Assembly (NCBI GenBank): GCA_048938295.1
Contig: JBHLMI010000019.1
Coordinates: 17,330 to 49,329 of the forward strand
Direction: 5' to 3'
Source: Promethearchaeota archaeon
GTDB taxonomy: Archaea; Asgardarchaeota; Hermodarchaeia; Hermodarchaeales; Hermodarchaeaceae
DNA: 32,000 nt
Shown here: positions 1 to 8,548 of the stretch, one piece after another
How positions within the stretch are numbered: the stretch's first letter is position 1
Layout: each line of letters opens with the position of its first letter
The notes under the pieces: generated by a model
What the model was told of the DNA's origin: nothing
Databases searched by the model: none
Seen by the model: only the letters and a program-made list of their open reading frames with translations
Made by a program: the position numbers and the translations under genes

Positions 1-1
1 G

Positions 2-1087
2 GCTAGCCCCATGCGAGCCTTTGGTCCCAACTGTATGGGTTTGACATGCCCTGAATCATATTTTGCGTTCCGACCTGACTTGAAACGAAATCCAGGACCT
101 GTAGGCTTCATTTCTCAATCTGGCGGAAAAGCCATTGATGCATATCTTGCGGTAACAGAAACCAAGCTCGGATGTAGCAAAGTCTTCAGCTATGGCAACG
201 AGGCCGATATCAGCAGTTGGGAACTGGTCGAATATCTACACCAAGATCCAAAGACCCAAGTAATCGGCATGTACATCGAAGGTGTACGAGACGGCCCCCG
301 TCTACGCAAGGCCATTGCAGCGTGTGCTCCCGACAAGCCCATCGTCATCTGGAAATCCGGAGTGACAAAAGAAGGCCAACGAGCTGTGGCCAGCCATAGT
401 GCAGCCTTAGCGGGGTCTACTGATATCTGGAACGCGCTGCTCCGTCAAACAGGCGCAGTTTCCGTGGACAGTTTTGAACGTCTAGTGAATGCAATTGTCA
501 CATTTATTCGCTGTCCACGTCCACCGGGTAAGCGGGTGGCTCTTATCGCAATCAGTGGCGGTGCAGGCGTGGCAGGCACCGATTCACTCGCCCGTTTTGG
601 TTTTGAGGTGCCCCGGCTAAGTTCAGAAACAATTGAAGCTTTATCCGATGTCATCAGTAGCGTTGGTACAAACATCAGAAATCCCGTGGATATGGCCTCC
701 AGCTACTTTTATCCCGAAAACACGGCAGAGACCATTCGACACGTCTCAGAGGATAAAAAAATCGACGCCATTATCGTCGAAGCCGCTCCTCACTATGTCA
801 ACTTTATAGCTAACCACATGGATCTGCAAGGCATGGCAACCACTTATTGGGACATGATGATTCAAGCCGGTCAACATTGTGTCCAAGAGCTCCGAAAACC
901 CTTCCTCGTTGCCGTTCCTGCCGTAGGCTACGCCCAAGAAAACTTGGAAACCCGTAACCAGTTCCGTGAAGCCAACCTTCCCGTCTTCTCAAACATCGCC
1001 GAAGCTGCTGATATCCTCAATCTCATTTATCACTACTACCAACGACATCCAGAACTACCTGAACCCCCTGATTTACACCGGAGATAA
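2..1087 (+). CDS. Acyl-CoA synthetase (NDP/ADP-forming) alpha-type subunit, 5'-truncated by the window edge
   Basis: Motifs GPNCMG, SQSGG, YGNEADI, YIEG, KSG, phospho-His loop ASHSAALAG, SGGAG..D and NPVD. The frame is open from nt 2 to the ATG at nt 11, so the true start probably lies upstream of the window. No ATP-grasp domain at the C-terminus. Confidence 0.85.
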   Translation, partial: ASPMRAFGPNCMGLTCPESYFAFRPDLKRNPGPVGFISQSGGKAIDAYLAVTETKLGCSKVFSYGNEADISSWELVEYLHQDPKTQVIGMYIEGVRDGPRLRKAIAACAPDKPIVIWKSGVTKEGQRAVASHSAALAGSTDIWNALLRQTGAVSVDSFERLVNAIVTFIRCPRPPGKRVALIAISGGAGVAGTDSLARFGFEVPRLSSETIEALSDVISSVGTNIRNPVDMASSYFYPENTAETIRHVSEDKKIDAIIVEAAPHYVNFIANHMDLQGMATTYWDMMIQAGQHCVQELRKPFLVAVPAVGYAQENLETRNQFREANLPVFSNIAEAADILNLIYHYYQRHPELPEPPDLHRR

Positions 1088-1406
1088 GCTGTCCACAAAG
1101 CTGGGACGAGTCAACAGAATGCCGATTTACGCAAGTTTTTATGACTGTAGGAAAATTTAATTCTTCAGCGCTGAATGAAATCTTTAAATAAGAAAACTGA
1201 GCGCAGTAGATGGGAACAGTGGGTTTGGCGAAAGATAATGGCACTTCCCACAATCTCCCCCTAGAAAACCATTCCCTCTCCCCTCCAATTGTGTCCTATT
1301 AGGACAAATGTCCTTTTTATGGAGGTGCCTAATCCGCCAATTTCCCAGTGTTCCTTCTATCATTTTCGTACTAGAAAATAGATTAGAGACGAGAACGTGG
1401 AGAAGA

Positions 1407-1871
1407 CTATTCGAAGAGTCTGAAAAAGTGCATACGTATTATGGGTGAAAGCTTCTTCTCAGCGATGAGTTCATCCACAGCTCGCAGGATTTTATCTTGA
1501 TTGAGTTTACCTTCGTCTCGCATTTGTCGTAACGCTCGTCGAAGAGCCATGGAAGGGCGCATTCGTTTATCGATGTTTTGTTTTGTGTATTTCCGGAGGA
1601 TTTTTTCGTCAATTGAACCTTTCTCGATCAGTAACCGTGTGGTGAGGAGAATAGGTACTCGTTGGGGACCTCTGCGAGCTCGCATCCATGGGTGACGTGC
1701 CGCTCGAGTTCTTACTTGTTGGTGTGAGGGAGATGTTGGAGGAACATTGATTGTACCGCAGTATTCACAGATAATTGGACTTCCTAGCTGTAAGGATTCA
1801 GGAGTAATTTTAGCTCCACATTCAGAGCATTTCAGGGATTTTAGTAGCTGATCGGAGGATTCGTCAGTCAT
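1407..1871 (-). CDS. Hypothetical protein with N-terminal C4 zinc ribbon and basic helical C-terminus
   Basis: CSEC-x16-CEYC pair followed by an Arg/Lys-rich helical region; 154 aa; lies 49 bp downstream of the glycerate kinase gene on the same strand. Confidence 0.65.
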   Translation of the reverse strand: MTDESSDQLLKSLKCSECGAKITPESLQLGSPIICEYCGTINVPPTSPSHQQVRTRAARHPWMRARRGPQRVPILLTTRLLIEKGSIDEKILRKYTKQNIDKRMRPSMALRRALRQMRDEGKLNQDKILRAVDELIAEKKLSPIIRMHFFRLFE

Positions 1872-1920
1872 ACCTTGTGTTTTCGAATTTTGGGAACATA
1901 AGTCTTTGCTGAGGAATATC

Positions 1921-3309
1921 TCATCCGTTATCGGAGAGGAGGTTATCTGATCCTATCCAAAGGATGATTGTGATGTCGCGGACATTTGTATGAGTTGGAC
2001 CTGTGATAATCAAATCCTCGAGGGCGTGGAAGAGGGTGTAGGTGGAATTGATCTCCAGGAGTTGGACAGGAGAGAGTTTGAGGGTTTTAGCGCGTGGATG
2101 TGAATACCCATCGGCGATTGCACCTGCTGCCTTGGTTGGTCCATCGATACCGTCAGTGGCGAGGCTTGCGATGACCAGACCGTCTTTCCCTTCTAGGTGT
2201 GGGATTGCAGCAGCGATGAGCTCGGTATTACGGCCTCCTTTCCCTTTGTGACGGACTGTGACGGTGGTTTCTGACCCGATTATCAATACATGTGGTTCGG
2301 TCTGGTTAGTTAATTTCTTGGCAAGGGCTCCGAGTTGGTCACCCACCTCACGAGCTTCGCCCTCGCAGTTAGTAGTAAGGATTCGACTCGTATAGTTTTC
2401 GTGTTGGGCTTGTTCAAGGACTGCTTGGCAGGAATGTTGGTTGCTACCGATGAGCAGGTGAACTGCATAGTCAAAGATTGGATCCTGGGGTTTGGGGGTT
2501 TCTTTGAGTTTCCCTTCGCGACCATTAATGAGATGCTCTCGTACTCGTACTGGCACTTCTTCCCAAAGGGCATGGGTTTCCAAGATTTGCACTGCATCGG
2601 CGAACGTGGTGGGATCGGGAAGAGTGGGACCGCTGGCAATCATGTTGAGTTGGTCATCTGGTACATCGGAGATGAGTAGCCCCCAATGTCGGCGGGGATG
2701 AATGTTGGTGGCGAGACGGCCGCCTTTGACTAGGGAGAGATGTTTGCGTACCGTGTTGAGCTGGTGTATTGGAACGCCTGCCTGTAGGAGTAATCGTGTT
2801 GTGTGTTGGAGGTCTTCAAGGGTAAGTGGCGGACTGGGAGCGGTGAGTAGCGCTGATCCGCCACCCGAAAAGAGACTGATGATTAAGGCATCCTGGGGGG
2901 ATTGGTCGATCAGCTCAAGCAGTTGCTGAGTAGAGGCGACGCTGGATTCGGTGGGTTCAGGGTGACCGCCAGCTTGCAGACTTATCTGGTTTAGCGTATA
3001 GGCAGTGATGGTGTTTTCGGGAACGATGATGAGCCCACCAACCAGACGATCCTTGAGAAGACGTTCGATAGCCTCGGCCATTCGACCTGTGGCTTTTCCT
3101 GCGCCGATGACATAGATTCCGTCGAAGTCATTGAACCCGATTTCATTATCGGCCAACTGTATCGTGCTGCGGGTGACTTTGATTGTCTTTTCAACGAGGA
3201 GGTGAGGGTTTGCAGCATTGAGAGCAACGTTGAGTAGGGCAAGAGCCCGTTGTCGTGCATACTGGGTCAGAGGAGGGCCTTTAGTGAGTTCTAGGATATT
3301 ACGAATCAT
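1921..3309 (-). CDS. Glycerate 2-kinase (DUF4147/MOFRL family)
   Basis: VIGAGKA, AGGHPEP, SGGGSAL, LNTVRKHLSLVKGGRL, ISDVP.D, IASGPT, ETTVTV..KGKGGRN, TDGIDGPT.AAGA and TGPTHTNVRD. Confidence 0.92.
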   Translation of the reverse strand: MIRNILELTKGPPLTQYARQRALALLNVALNAANPHLLVEKTIKVTRSTIQLADNEIGFNDFDGIYVIGAGKATGRMAEAIERLLKDRLVGGLIIVPENTITAYTLNQISLQAGGHPEPTESSVASTQQLLELIDQSPQDALIISLFSGGGSALLTAPSPPLTLEDLQHTTRLLLQAGVPIHQLNTVRKHLSLVKGGRLATNIHPRRHWGLLISDVPDDQLNMIASGPTLPDPTTFADAVQILETHALWEEVPVRVREHLINGREGKLKETPKPQDPIFDYAVHLLIGSNQHSCQAVLEQAQHENYTSRILTTNCEGEAREVGDQLGALAKKLTNQTEPHVLIIGSETTVTVRHKGKGGRNTELIAAAIPHLEGKDGLVIASLATDGIDGPTKAAGAIADGYSHPRAKTLKLSPVQLLEINSTYTLFHALEDLIITGPTHTNVRDITIILWIGSDNLLSDNG

Positions 3310-3494
3310 CCAATTCAGGTTCCTTTCGCTAAGGTTTCCTAAGCACTTCGCCGTCCAAGTGGTTAAGCACTATGAAGCTTTTTAACTATGGTCAGAGAGT
3401 GTTGTTTACTTTTACGTTTAGGGGATATGACAGTGAAAAAAGTGGAATGGTTTTTCATCAAAGATGAGCGTAGTCGGTCTTGTGATTAGGGGGG

Positions 3495-3887
3495 CTAGGT
3501 CGTATTATCGAATTCGGAGCGATCATCGTCCATTACAGAGAACATTGATTGCATGATCTTCGCCATGAGTTCTTGGAGTAGCTCCCCATTAACAATGCCA
3601 TCTATGAAGCTGTACATTTTTTGATAATCCTCATCTGTTTCGAAGTGAAGGATAACGCCTTTGCCTTCAGGTAACGGCTCTGCGGTGTATTCGATGTCCT
3701 GGTCCATGAAGTTCTTGGCCATACGTTTTAGTCCCTCTTCATCTTCGAGCATATCGCCAAACGGCATTTCTTCGTAAATAGATCCTTTAAACTCCAAGGT
3801 AATAGTCCGGGTAGTCGGGTCAGCTTTAAATGCCAAGTATTGTTGAATCGCAGCACGGATTTTATCAAAGGGGATTTCAAAGCCCAT
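3495..3887 (-). CDS. Acidic hypothetical protein (130 aa)
   Basis: Clean ORF with an upstream GAGG-like site and protein-like composition; no recognisable motif. Confidence 0.65.
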   Translation of the reverse strand: MGFEIPFDKIRAAIQQYLAFKADPTTRTITLEFKGSIYEEMPFGDMLEDEEGLKRMAKNFMDQDIEYTAEPLPEGKGVILHFETDEDYQKMYSFIDGIVNGELLQELMAKIMQSMFSVMDDDRSEFDNTT

Positions 3888-3960
3888 AATTGAACCCTCA
3901 GTGAGTCAGGAGTCAATCCAATGCTATATCTGCCTAAAAAGGCTCGTGTTTCGGTTTTAA

Positions 3961-5175
3961 TTAGAAGTATACGACATTATACAGGGGGAGAGGTGGGAAC
4001 CACCGTTGAAGTGCATGTCTAGCCCATTCTTCTGTGATTGATAGTTCAGCTTGAAACTCTAATTCCTCTATTGGATGTGTTCCGTAGACTAAGGCTGAGA
4101 GCGCTTGAATGGTAGCTGTTACTACAGGATGCCCTGAGCTTTTAGTTAGTCGTAGGCGTCCCTTTTCTGATTGAAGTGAGAAGATTCCATTGTTCCAGGG
4201 ACAGTTGGCATCTGTGAGTTCGATGGTGACGGTGTCATCTCCAGCACCTGGAAGGTTTTGGACTGCGTTCTTCGCGTCGATGATGCGAACCATCCAAGGA
4301 GTTCTAGCCTGATTAACTTTCAACTGTGCATCTTTGAACCAATGTTCAACCTTGGTATCGAAGGGAGCATGTATGCGGATATTTTGAATTTGGTCCTGGT
4401 GTTGTTTGAAAAAGAAAAAGAGCTTGTCACGAGCTTCTCGAGTTCGCCATAAGAGATCGAGGACATGCATAGTGGAGTGGGTTTCACCTTCGATTTGTAC
4501 TCCTTTAATCCGATACCGGCTTAAAGCTTGGATTTGGCCCTTATATTTGACAAAGACAATGAGACTTTCCTTTGTAAACTGTCTCCACAGAGCATCAGGG
4601 AAGGTTTTGAAAATGAGGTAACCGTGATAGTGTGTAGGACCTATTTCGCAGACAAATTTTAGATATTCTTCTTTGGCATTTCGTGCGCGAACCCTCTCAA
4701 AGGTCCAGTCCAGATTCGGTTGTGTTGCGTCGAATATGTTAAGCTGTTTGAGCGGGGCTTGTACAATATATGCGGTATTTGCTGCAACGTACCCGAATTG
4801 TTCATAGTAGCTTTGTTTAAAGGGATCGAGCATACTGACCGGTTGCCCCTTCTCGTGCATCATCTTGAACCCTTCCTGCATTAATTCCCGCACATATCCC
4901 TTCCGCCGCGCTTCCGGGTATGTTGCAATACCAGCTACCCCTCCACAATCCTTGAGTACACCACGGATTGATTGTTGGAATTCGTGGACGCTTAAAGAGG
5001 AGACCAAGCGCCCTTTTTCAAACAGCCCCAGAGTTTCTTGTTCAATAATGAGATCTAGTTCTTCGCTCTTCTCATCCTGATCTGTCCATTCCGTGTATGC
5101 ATATCGGTAGAGCGCCATGATGGCAGGGCGTTCATTCTTGGTAATTTTCCGAATTTCCTTCATCAGAAGATCCAT
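3961..5175 (-). CDS. Eis-like GNAT acetyltransferase (tandem GNAT plus SCP-2-like C-terminal domain)
   Basis: Acetyl-CoA motif GVAGIATYPEARRKGYVRELM, YYEQFGY, PWMVRIID, D..CPWNNG, and a C-terminal Phe as in Eis proteins; about 400 aa. Confidence 0.85.
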   Translation of the reverse strand: MDLLMKEIRKITKNERPAIMALYRYAYTEWTDQDEKSEELDLIIEQETLGLFEKGRLVSSLSVHEFQQSIRGVLKDCGGVAGIATYPEARRKGYVRELMQEGFKMMHEKGQPVSMLDPFKQSYYEQFGYVAANTAYIVQAPLKQLNIFDATQPNLDWTFERVRARNAKEEYLKFVCEIGPTHYHGYLIFKTFPDALWRQFTKESLIVFVKYKGQIQALSRYRIKGVQIEGETHSTMHVLDLLWRTREARDKLFFFFKQHQDQIQNIRIHAPFDTKVEHWFKDAQLKVNQARTPWMVRIIDAKNAVQNLPGAGDDTVTIELTDANCPWNNGIFSLQSEKGRLRLTKSSGHPVVTATIQALSALVYGTHPIEELEFQAELSITEEWARHALQRWFPPLPLYNVVYF

Positions 5176-5249
5176 CCTAGGCTACTCAGGTACAATGATA
5201 AAACCTGTTAAATCCTTTTTTGCTCCAATATACCAAGCAGTGAGCAACG

Positions 5250-6230
5250 ATGAAGAAGAAACCAACACTCGTACTTTACCATCCTTTAATGGCTGTTGAG
5301 GGGTATCCGGTACTAGCTGGTCGGGTGCAACCAGCGTTTGAATATTTACGCGACACGGGAACATTGGAGTCTCCTCAGGTTATTGTAGAAGAAGCGCCTA
5401 GAGTAGGTGAGGATTTGCTCCTGCAGGTGCACACCCCTGGTCACATTCAGCATGTTAAAGGATCAGGGTATGATTCTGCTTCGCTCGTGTCAGGTGGATC
5501 CGCGGTGAGAGCAGGTGAAGCGGTTTGGGTTGGTGAAGCAGCGAATGCGTTTGCTTTTACTGGCTGTGCTGGACACCACGCTAGTCGTGATTCATCCTGG
5601 GGTTTTTGCTATTACAACAACTCTGCCCTACTTGTCCGACATTTGCAAAAAGTACATGGAGCCAATCGATTTTTCATCGTTGATACAGACCCCCATCCAG
5701 GGGATGGAACCCGTGACATCCTCGGGAATGATGAGGAAGTATACCATTTAAACTTCGAGGCGAGTTTCCGGGAAAGCCTGGATACGGTGACGCAGCGGCA
5801 TGTGGATGTCCCTTTCCCCAGTTCGAGTAGTGATGACTCCTTTGTAGAAGCTGTGCGTCTCCTAGCGCTGCCCTTGGCACGACGAATCCGTCCTGAGATT
5901 ATTTTTTGGAACATGGGCCATGATGCTCATGCGCTAGACTATGGTGGGTTTAATCTCTCGTTAAGGGCATTTCCCGCTATGACCGAGATACTGCTCCAAG
6001 CTGCAGATGAAGTCTGTGAAGGTCGGTTGGTGGTGCTACTCTCAGGTGGCTCTGAGGTATCTGTGGCAAAGCATGCAATATCTGGTATTGTAAGAAAACT
6101 AGCGGGTCTACCTCAATTGCCTGAAGATGTGCAAGATGAGCCTACGACGGAGTCAGCAGCAACGAAGCGGATGGCAGAAGAGATAATCATGAAAGTACGT
6201 TCCAAACTAGGTCTGGATGAACCCAGCTAG
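5250..6230 (+). CDS. Histone deacetylase-family (Zn-dependent deacylase, AcuC/AphA-like) protein
   Basis: VHT..H, GHHA, GFCYYNN, IVDTDPHPGDGT (metal DxDxH) and GHDAH..D. The terminal motif is LSGGS instead of LEGGY. Confidence 0.88.
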   Translation: MKKKPTLVLYHPLMAVEGYPVLAGRVQPAFEYLRDTGTLESPQVIVEEAPRVGEDLLLQVHTPGHIQHVKGSGYDSASLVSGGSAVRAGEAVWVGEAANAFAFTGCAGHHASRDSSWGFCYYNNSALLVRHLQKVHGANRFFIVDTDPHPGDGTRDILGNDEEVYHLNFEASFRESLDTVTQRHVDVPFPSSSSDDSFVEAVRLLALPLARRIRPEIIFWNMGHDAHALDYGGFNLSLRAFPAMTEILLQAADEVCEGRLVVLLSGGSEVSVAKHAISGIVRKLAGLPQLPEDVQDEPTTESAATKRMAEEIIMKVRSKLGLDEPS

Positions 6231-6604
6231 AAGGAATCCCAGGACAAAAAGGTGAGATAGATGAGGTATTGGAGGTCTTTAAGTTTAGATATGAATCGTC
6301 CTTTGCGCTGCTTTTGCTGGGGATTTGGCGGAGGAGCCTTTTCAGGTTGAGACCGAGTTGATTCCTCTTTCTTAGAGAAAGTTGGTTCAATTGGTGGTGT
6401 GGTGCCAGCCTGTGATTGGGATACTGGTCGAGTCATGAGAGTTTCATTTCGGAAAATTACACTCAACGGATTTGCAGTATCGATTTGTCCATCAGCGAAC
6501 TGAATATCGTTATAGAATTGTTTCCAACGTCGAACGGCGTGTTTAACCCAACTGGGAGCCTTTTTGTGAACCAACCCATCAACTCCAAAAGTGATGCAAG
6601 CCAA
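6227..6604 (-). CDS. Possible hypothetical protein (TTG start, low-complexity C-terminal half)
   Basis: The only long ORF filling the gap after the SMC operon; TTG start 57 bp below the RING gene stop; no motif recognised; may be spurious. Confidence 0.35.
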   Translation of the reverse strand: MACITFGVDGLVHKKAPSWVKHAVRRWKQFYNDIQFADGQIDTANPLSVIFRNETLMTRPVSQSQAGTTPPIEPTFSKKEESTRSQPEKAPPPNPQQKQRKGRFISKLKDLQYLIYLTFLSWDSF

Positions 6605-6661
6605 TTTGGATAAGAAGGCATCAGCTGTTGATGGGTAAATAGTTTATGTCCTTGGACAATT

Positions 6662-7123
6662 TCAGCTAGTACTGCCAACTTTTTCCCAAGTTTTCCATTT
6701 ACCTTGGGATCGCTGCACTAACACGAGGCCAAAGCGTTGCCAGATTTCTTCTCGGGTGAGAGGTTCTTCGGAGTCCGATTCCATTTGACTTGGGTGGCGT
6801 GGTTTCTCTAAAACAGAAGGTCTAGTATAGAAGAGGGAGTCGATGAGGGCACCCACACGACCTTTCTGATATTGATCTTTGACGAAGATGAGGAGCTGTT
6901 CTGTGGGAATATCGGCCACTTGCAAGGAATGGCGGGCCACTCCTTGGCTAAACGAGGGGCAGACGCCACCCATGGTGTTTTGGACAATTCCAAGACATTG
7001 GGGATCAATGAAAAATTGACAACGTAGACATTGGTGCCATCCCTTCTGGATCGCCTCTTCAAGTGTGATTCGGGTTCCGCAGGCGACACAACTGATGCCA
7101 ACGGTGGAGAGATCAAGTTTCAT
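6662..7123 (-). CDS. RING-like zinc-finger protein (Nse1-type ligand spacing), last clear gene of the SMC operon
   Basis: C-x2-C-x16-C-x2-C-x4-D-x2-C-x11-CP-x8-H. I moved the start from 7207 to the ATG at 7123 (MKLDLS...), which overlaps the KITE gene end by 11 nt; 153 aa. Confidence 0.7.
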   Translation of the reverse strand: MKLDLSTVGISCVACGTRITLEEAIQKGWHQCLRCQFFIDPQCLGIVQNTMGGVCPSFSQGVARHSLQVADIPTEQLLIFVKDQYQKGRVGALIDSLFYTRPSVLEKPRHPSQMESDSEEPLTREEIWQRFGLVLVQRSQGKWKTWEKVGSTS

Positions 7124-7697
7124 TCGCGTCTTCCTCCGAATCAGCTGTGGCTCCTGCGAGATACAGGGTTGCCGCAGTAGCGATGGCTTCACGACGTTCA
7201 GCATCAAATTCTAATTCAAGCCGTGGACCATAAGCAAGGCGTCGTGCAGTTCGCGTAATATAGCCCAGTTCGATTAATCGTCGTAATATGCGATCGAGTT
7301 GGTAGCGGGAGAGGCGCCCGCGGGCTACAAGGATCGTTTCGATGTCTTTTGTGGCTACCTGGCGTGGACGACGGAGTTTACTCACCCGTTCCACAGTGGA
7401 AATGATGACTCCCAATACCGCGTATTCAGGATCGGTGAGTTCGCCAGGTACCCCGTAAATGGTTCGAACACAGTAAAGCGTGTCCCGTCCCATTCGATAT
7501 TCAACCAATTCTAGTCCCAGAGGAGATATCTGTTGGCGGAGTAAATCGAGAAGACGGACTAAGCCAGTCTTGTTGACATGAAGGGCTTCTAAAAGATCTT
7601 GCCGTTTGACCCCGATGCTGAGTTGACCTTCCTCATTTCGAAACCTTGCTGTGAGGGCCGCAAAGAGCTGACCAAGGAGATGACGTTGTTCTATCAC
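7113..7697 (-). CDS. KITE-family tandem winged-helix protein (Nse1/Nse3/ScpB-like SMC accessory subunit)
   Basis: 194 aa, two predicted winged-helix units. LRQQISPLGLELVE, LTDPEYAVLGVII, L..LIELGYI and the C-terminal YGPRLELEF resemble Nse1/MAGE-Nse3 KITE patterns. Lies in an operon with the SMC gene. Confidence 0.7.
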   Translation of the reverse strand: MIEQRHLLGQLFAALTARFRNEEGQLSIGVKRQDLLEALHVNKTGLVRLLDLLRQQISPLGLELVEYRMGRDTLYCVRTIYGVPGELTDPEYAVLGVIISTVERVSKLRRPRQVATKDIETILVARGRLSRYQLDRILRRLIELGYITRTARRLAYGPRLELEFDAERREAIATAATLYLAGATADSEEDANET

Positions 7698-7756
7698 CTC
7701 TTCCTCTGTATCCTTGCTAGTGGAAGAGATAGTGTCAGAAGGTATCGGATCTGAGG

Positions 7757-8548
7757 TTATTGCCGAGGAACCTCCTCATGGTTTTGTGCGGTAATGGCAA
7801 CAGCAGCGAAGGCAGGATTCGATTTAGGCGGAGGGCCTCGAAAAATGATTGCTGTTTTTTCGAAAATTGCAGGGCAGATGTTATCACGAATCATTTGACT
7901 GAGTAGATCGAGTTCCCAATTGGTCAGGATTTCTGATAAGGCTGCATAGTTGAAACGTTTGCCCTGTAGCCGTTTTAAGATAGCCGTCCTTCTAGCGTCA
8001 AGGGCGTCAATGGAGATTTGTTCAAATGAGATACGATGTTTGCGCATAGCCTGTTTATCATCCTGGGTAGGAGCGTGGTCCAATGCGACGGGTGAATCAA
8101 CAGAGGGCAATTCGAATGGTGGGATTGTCCGCTCTTGATTAATTAGAAAGAGTAAGGGAGTCGCGCGCCGTTTAATCTCATTGGCAAACTGAGAAATCCA
8201 TTCTTCGGGAGCAATTTCAGGAGCAGCTAATTGAGAATCTCGGTGATGCTGCATTGAAGCGAGAGTATAGTAGAAACGTCCGTCAAGAGTTCGTTCCCAG
8301 GGCGTTTCGAGGATGCGATATGCATCAGCAACTTCTTCACGGTCAACCTCCGCTTCCTTAATCGGAAACGTGTTGTGCTGTTTTAGGGCAACCTCATACT
8401 TTTTGGTCAAGTTCCATAGTGTAATTACAATCCCTTTGGTTCCAAAGGATGTGAGGCGTGTTCGCTTGTAGTTGTATTGGAAGGTGTCGTACCAGGCTTT
8501 GCGGCGCGGAAAGGCACGGAGAAATGTAGAGGTATCATTGGTAATCAT
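7757..8548 (-). CDS. Putative kleisin (ScpA/Nse4-like)
   Basis: Start overlaps the SMC stop (TAATG). The segment VDREEVADAYRILE...LDGRFYYTLASMQHHRDSQL resembles the archaeal ScpA N-terminal helices. A Pro/acidic linker is followed by a C-terminal winged-helix-like segment (IL..L...FNYAAL...LSQMIRDN). Similarity is weak and judged by eye. Confidence 0.5.
   Translation of the reverse strand: MITNDTSTFLRAFPRRKAWYDTFQYNYKRTRLTSFGTKGIVITLWNLTKKYEVALKQHNTFPIKEAEVDREEVADAYRILETPWERTLDGRFYYTLASMQHHRDSQLAAPEIAPEEWISQFANEIKRRATPLLFLINQERTIPPFELPSVDSPVALDHAPTQDDKQAMRKHRISFEQISIDALDARRTAILKRLQGKRFNYAALSEILTNWELDLLSQMIRDNICPAIFEKTAIIFRGPPPKSNPAFAAVAITAQNHEEVPRQ

Noticed and set aside
7124-7207. N-terminal 28 aa of the ORF-track call 6662..7207
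   Set aside because: It overlaps the KITE coding region; the ATG at 7123 gives a typical short coupling overlap.
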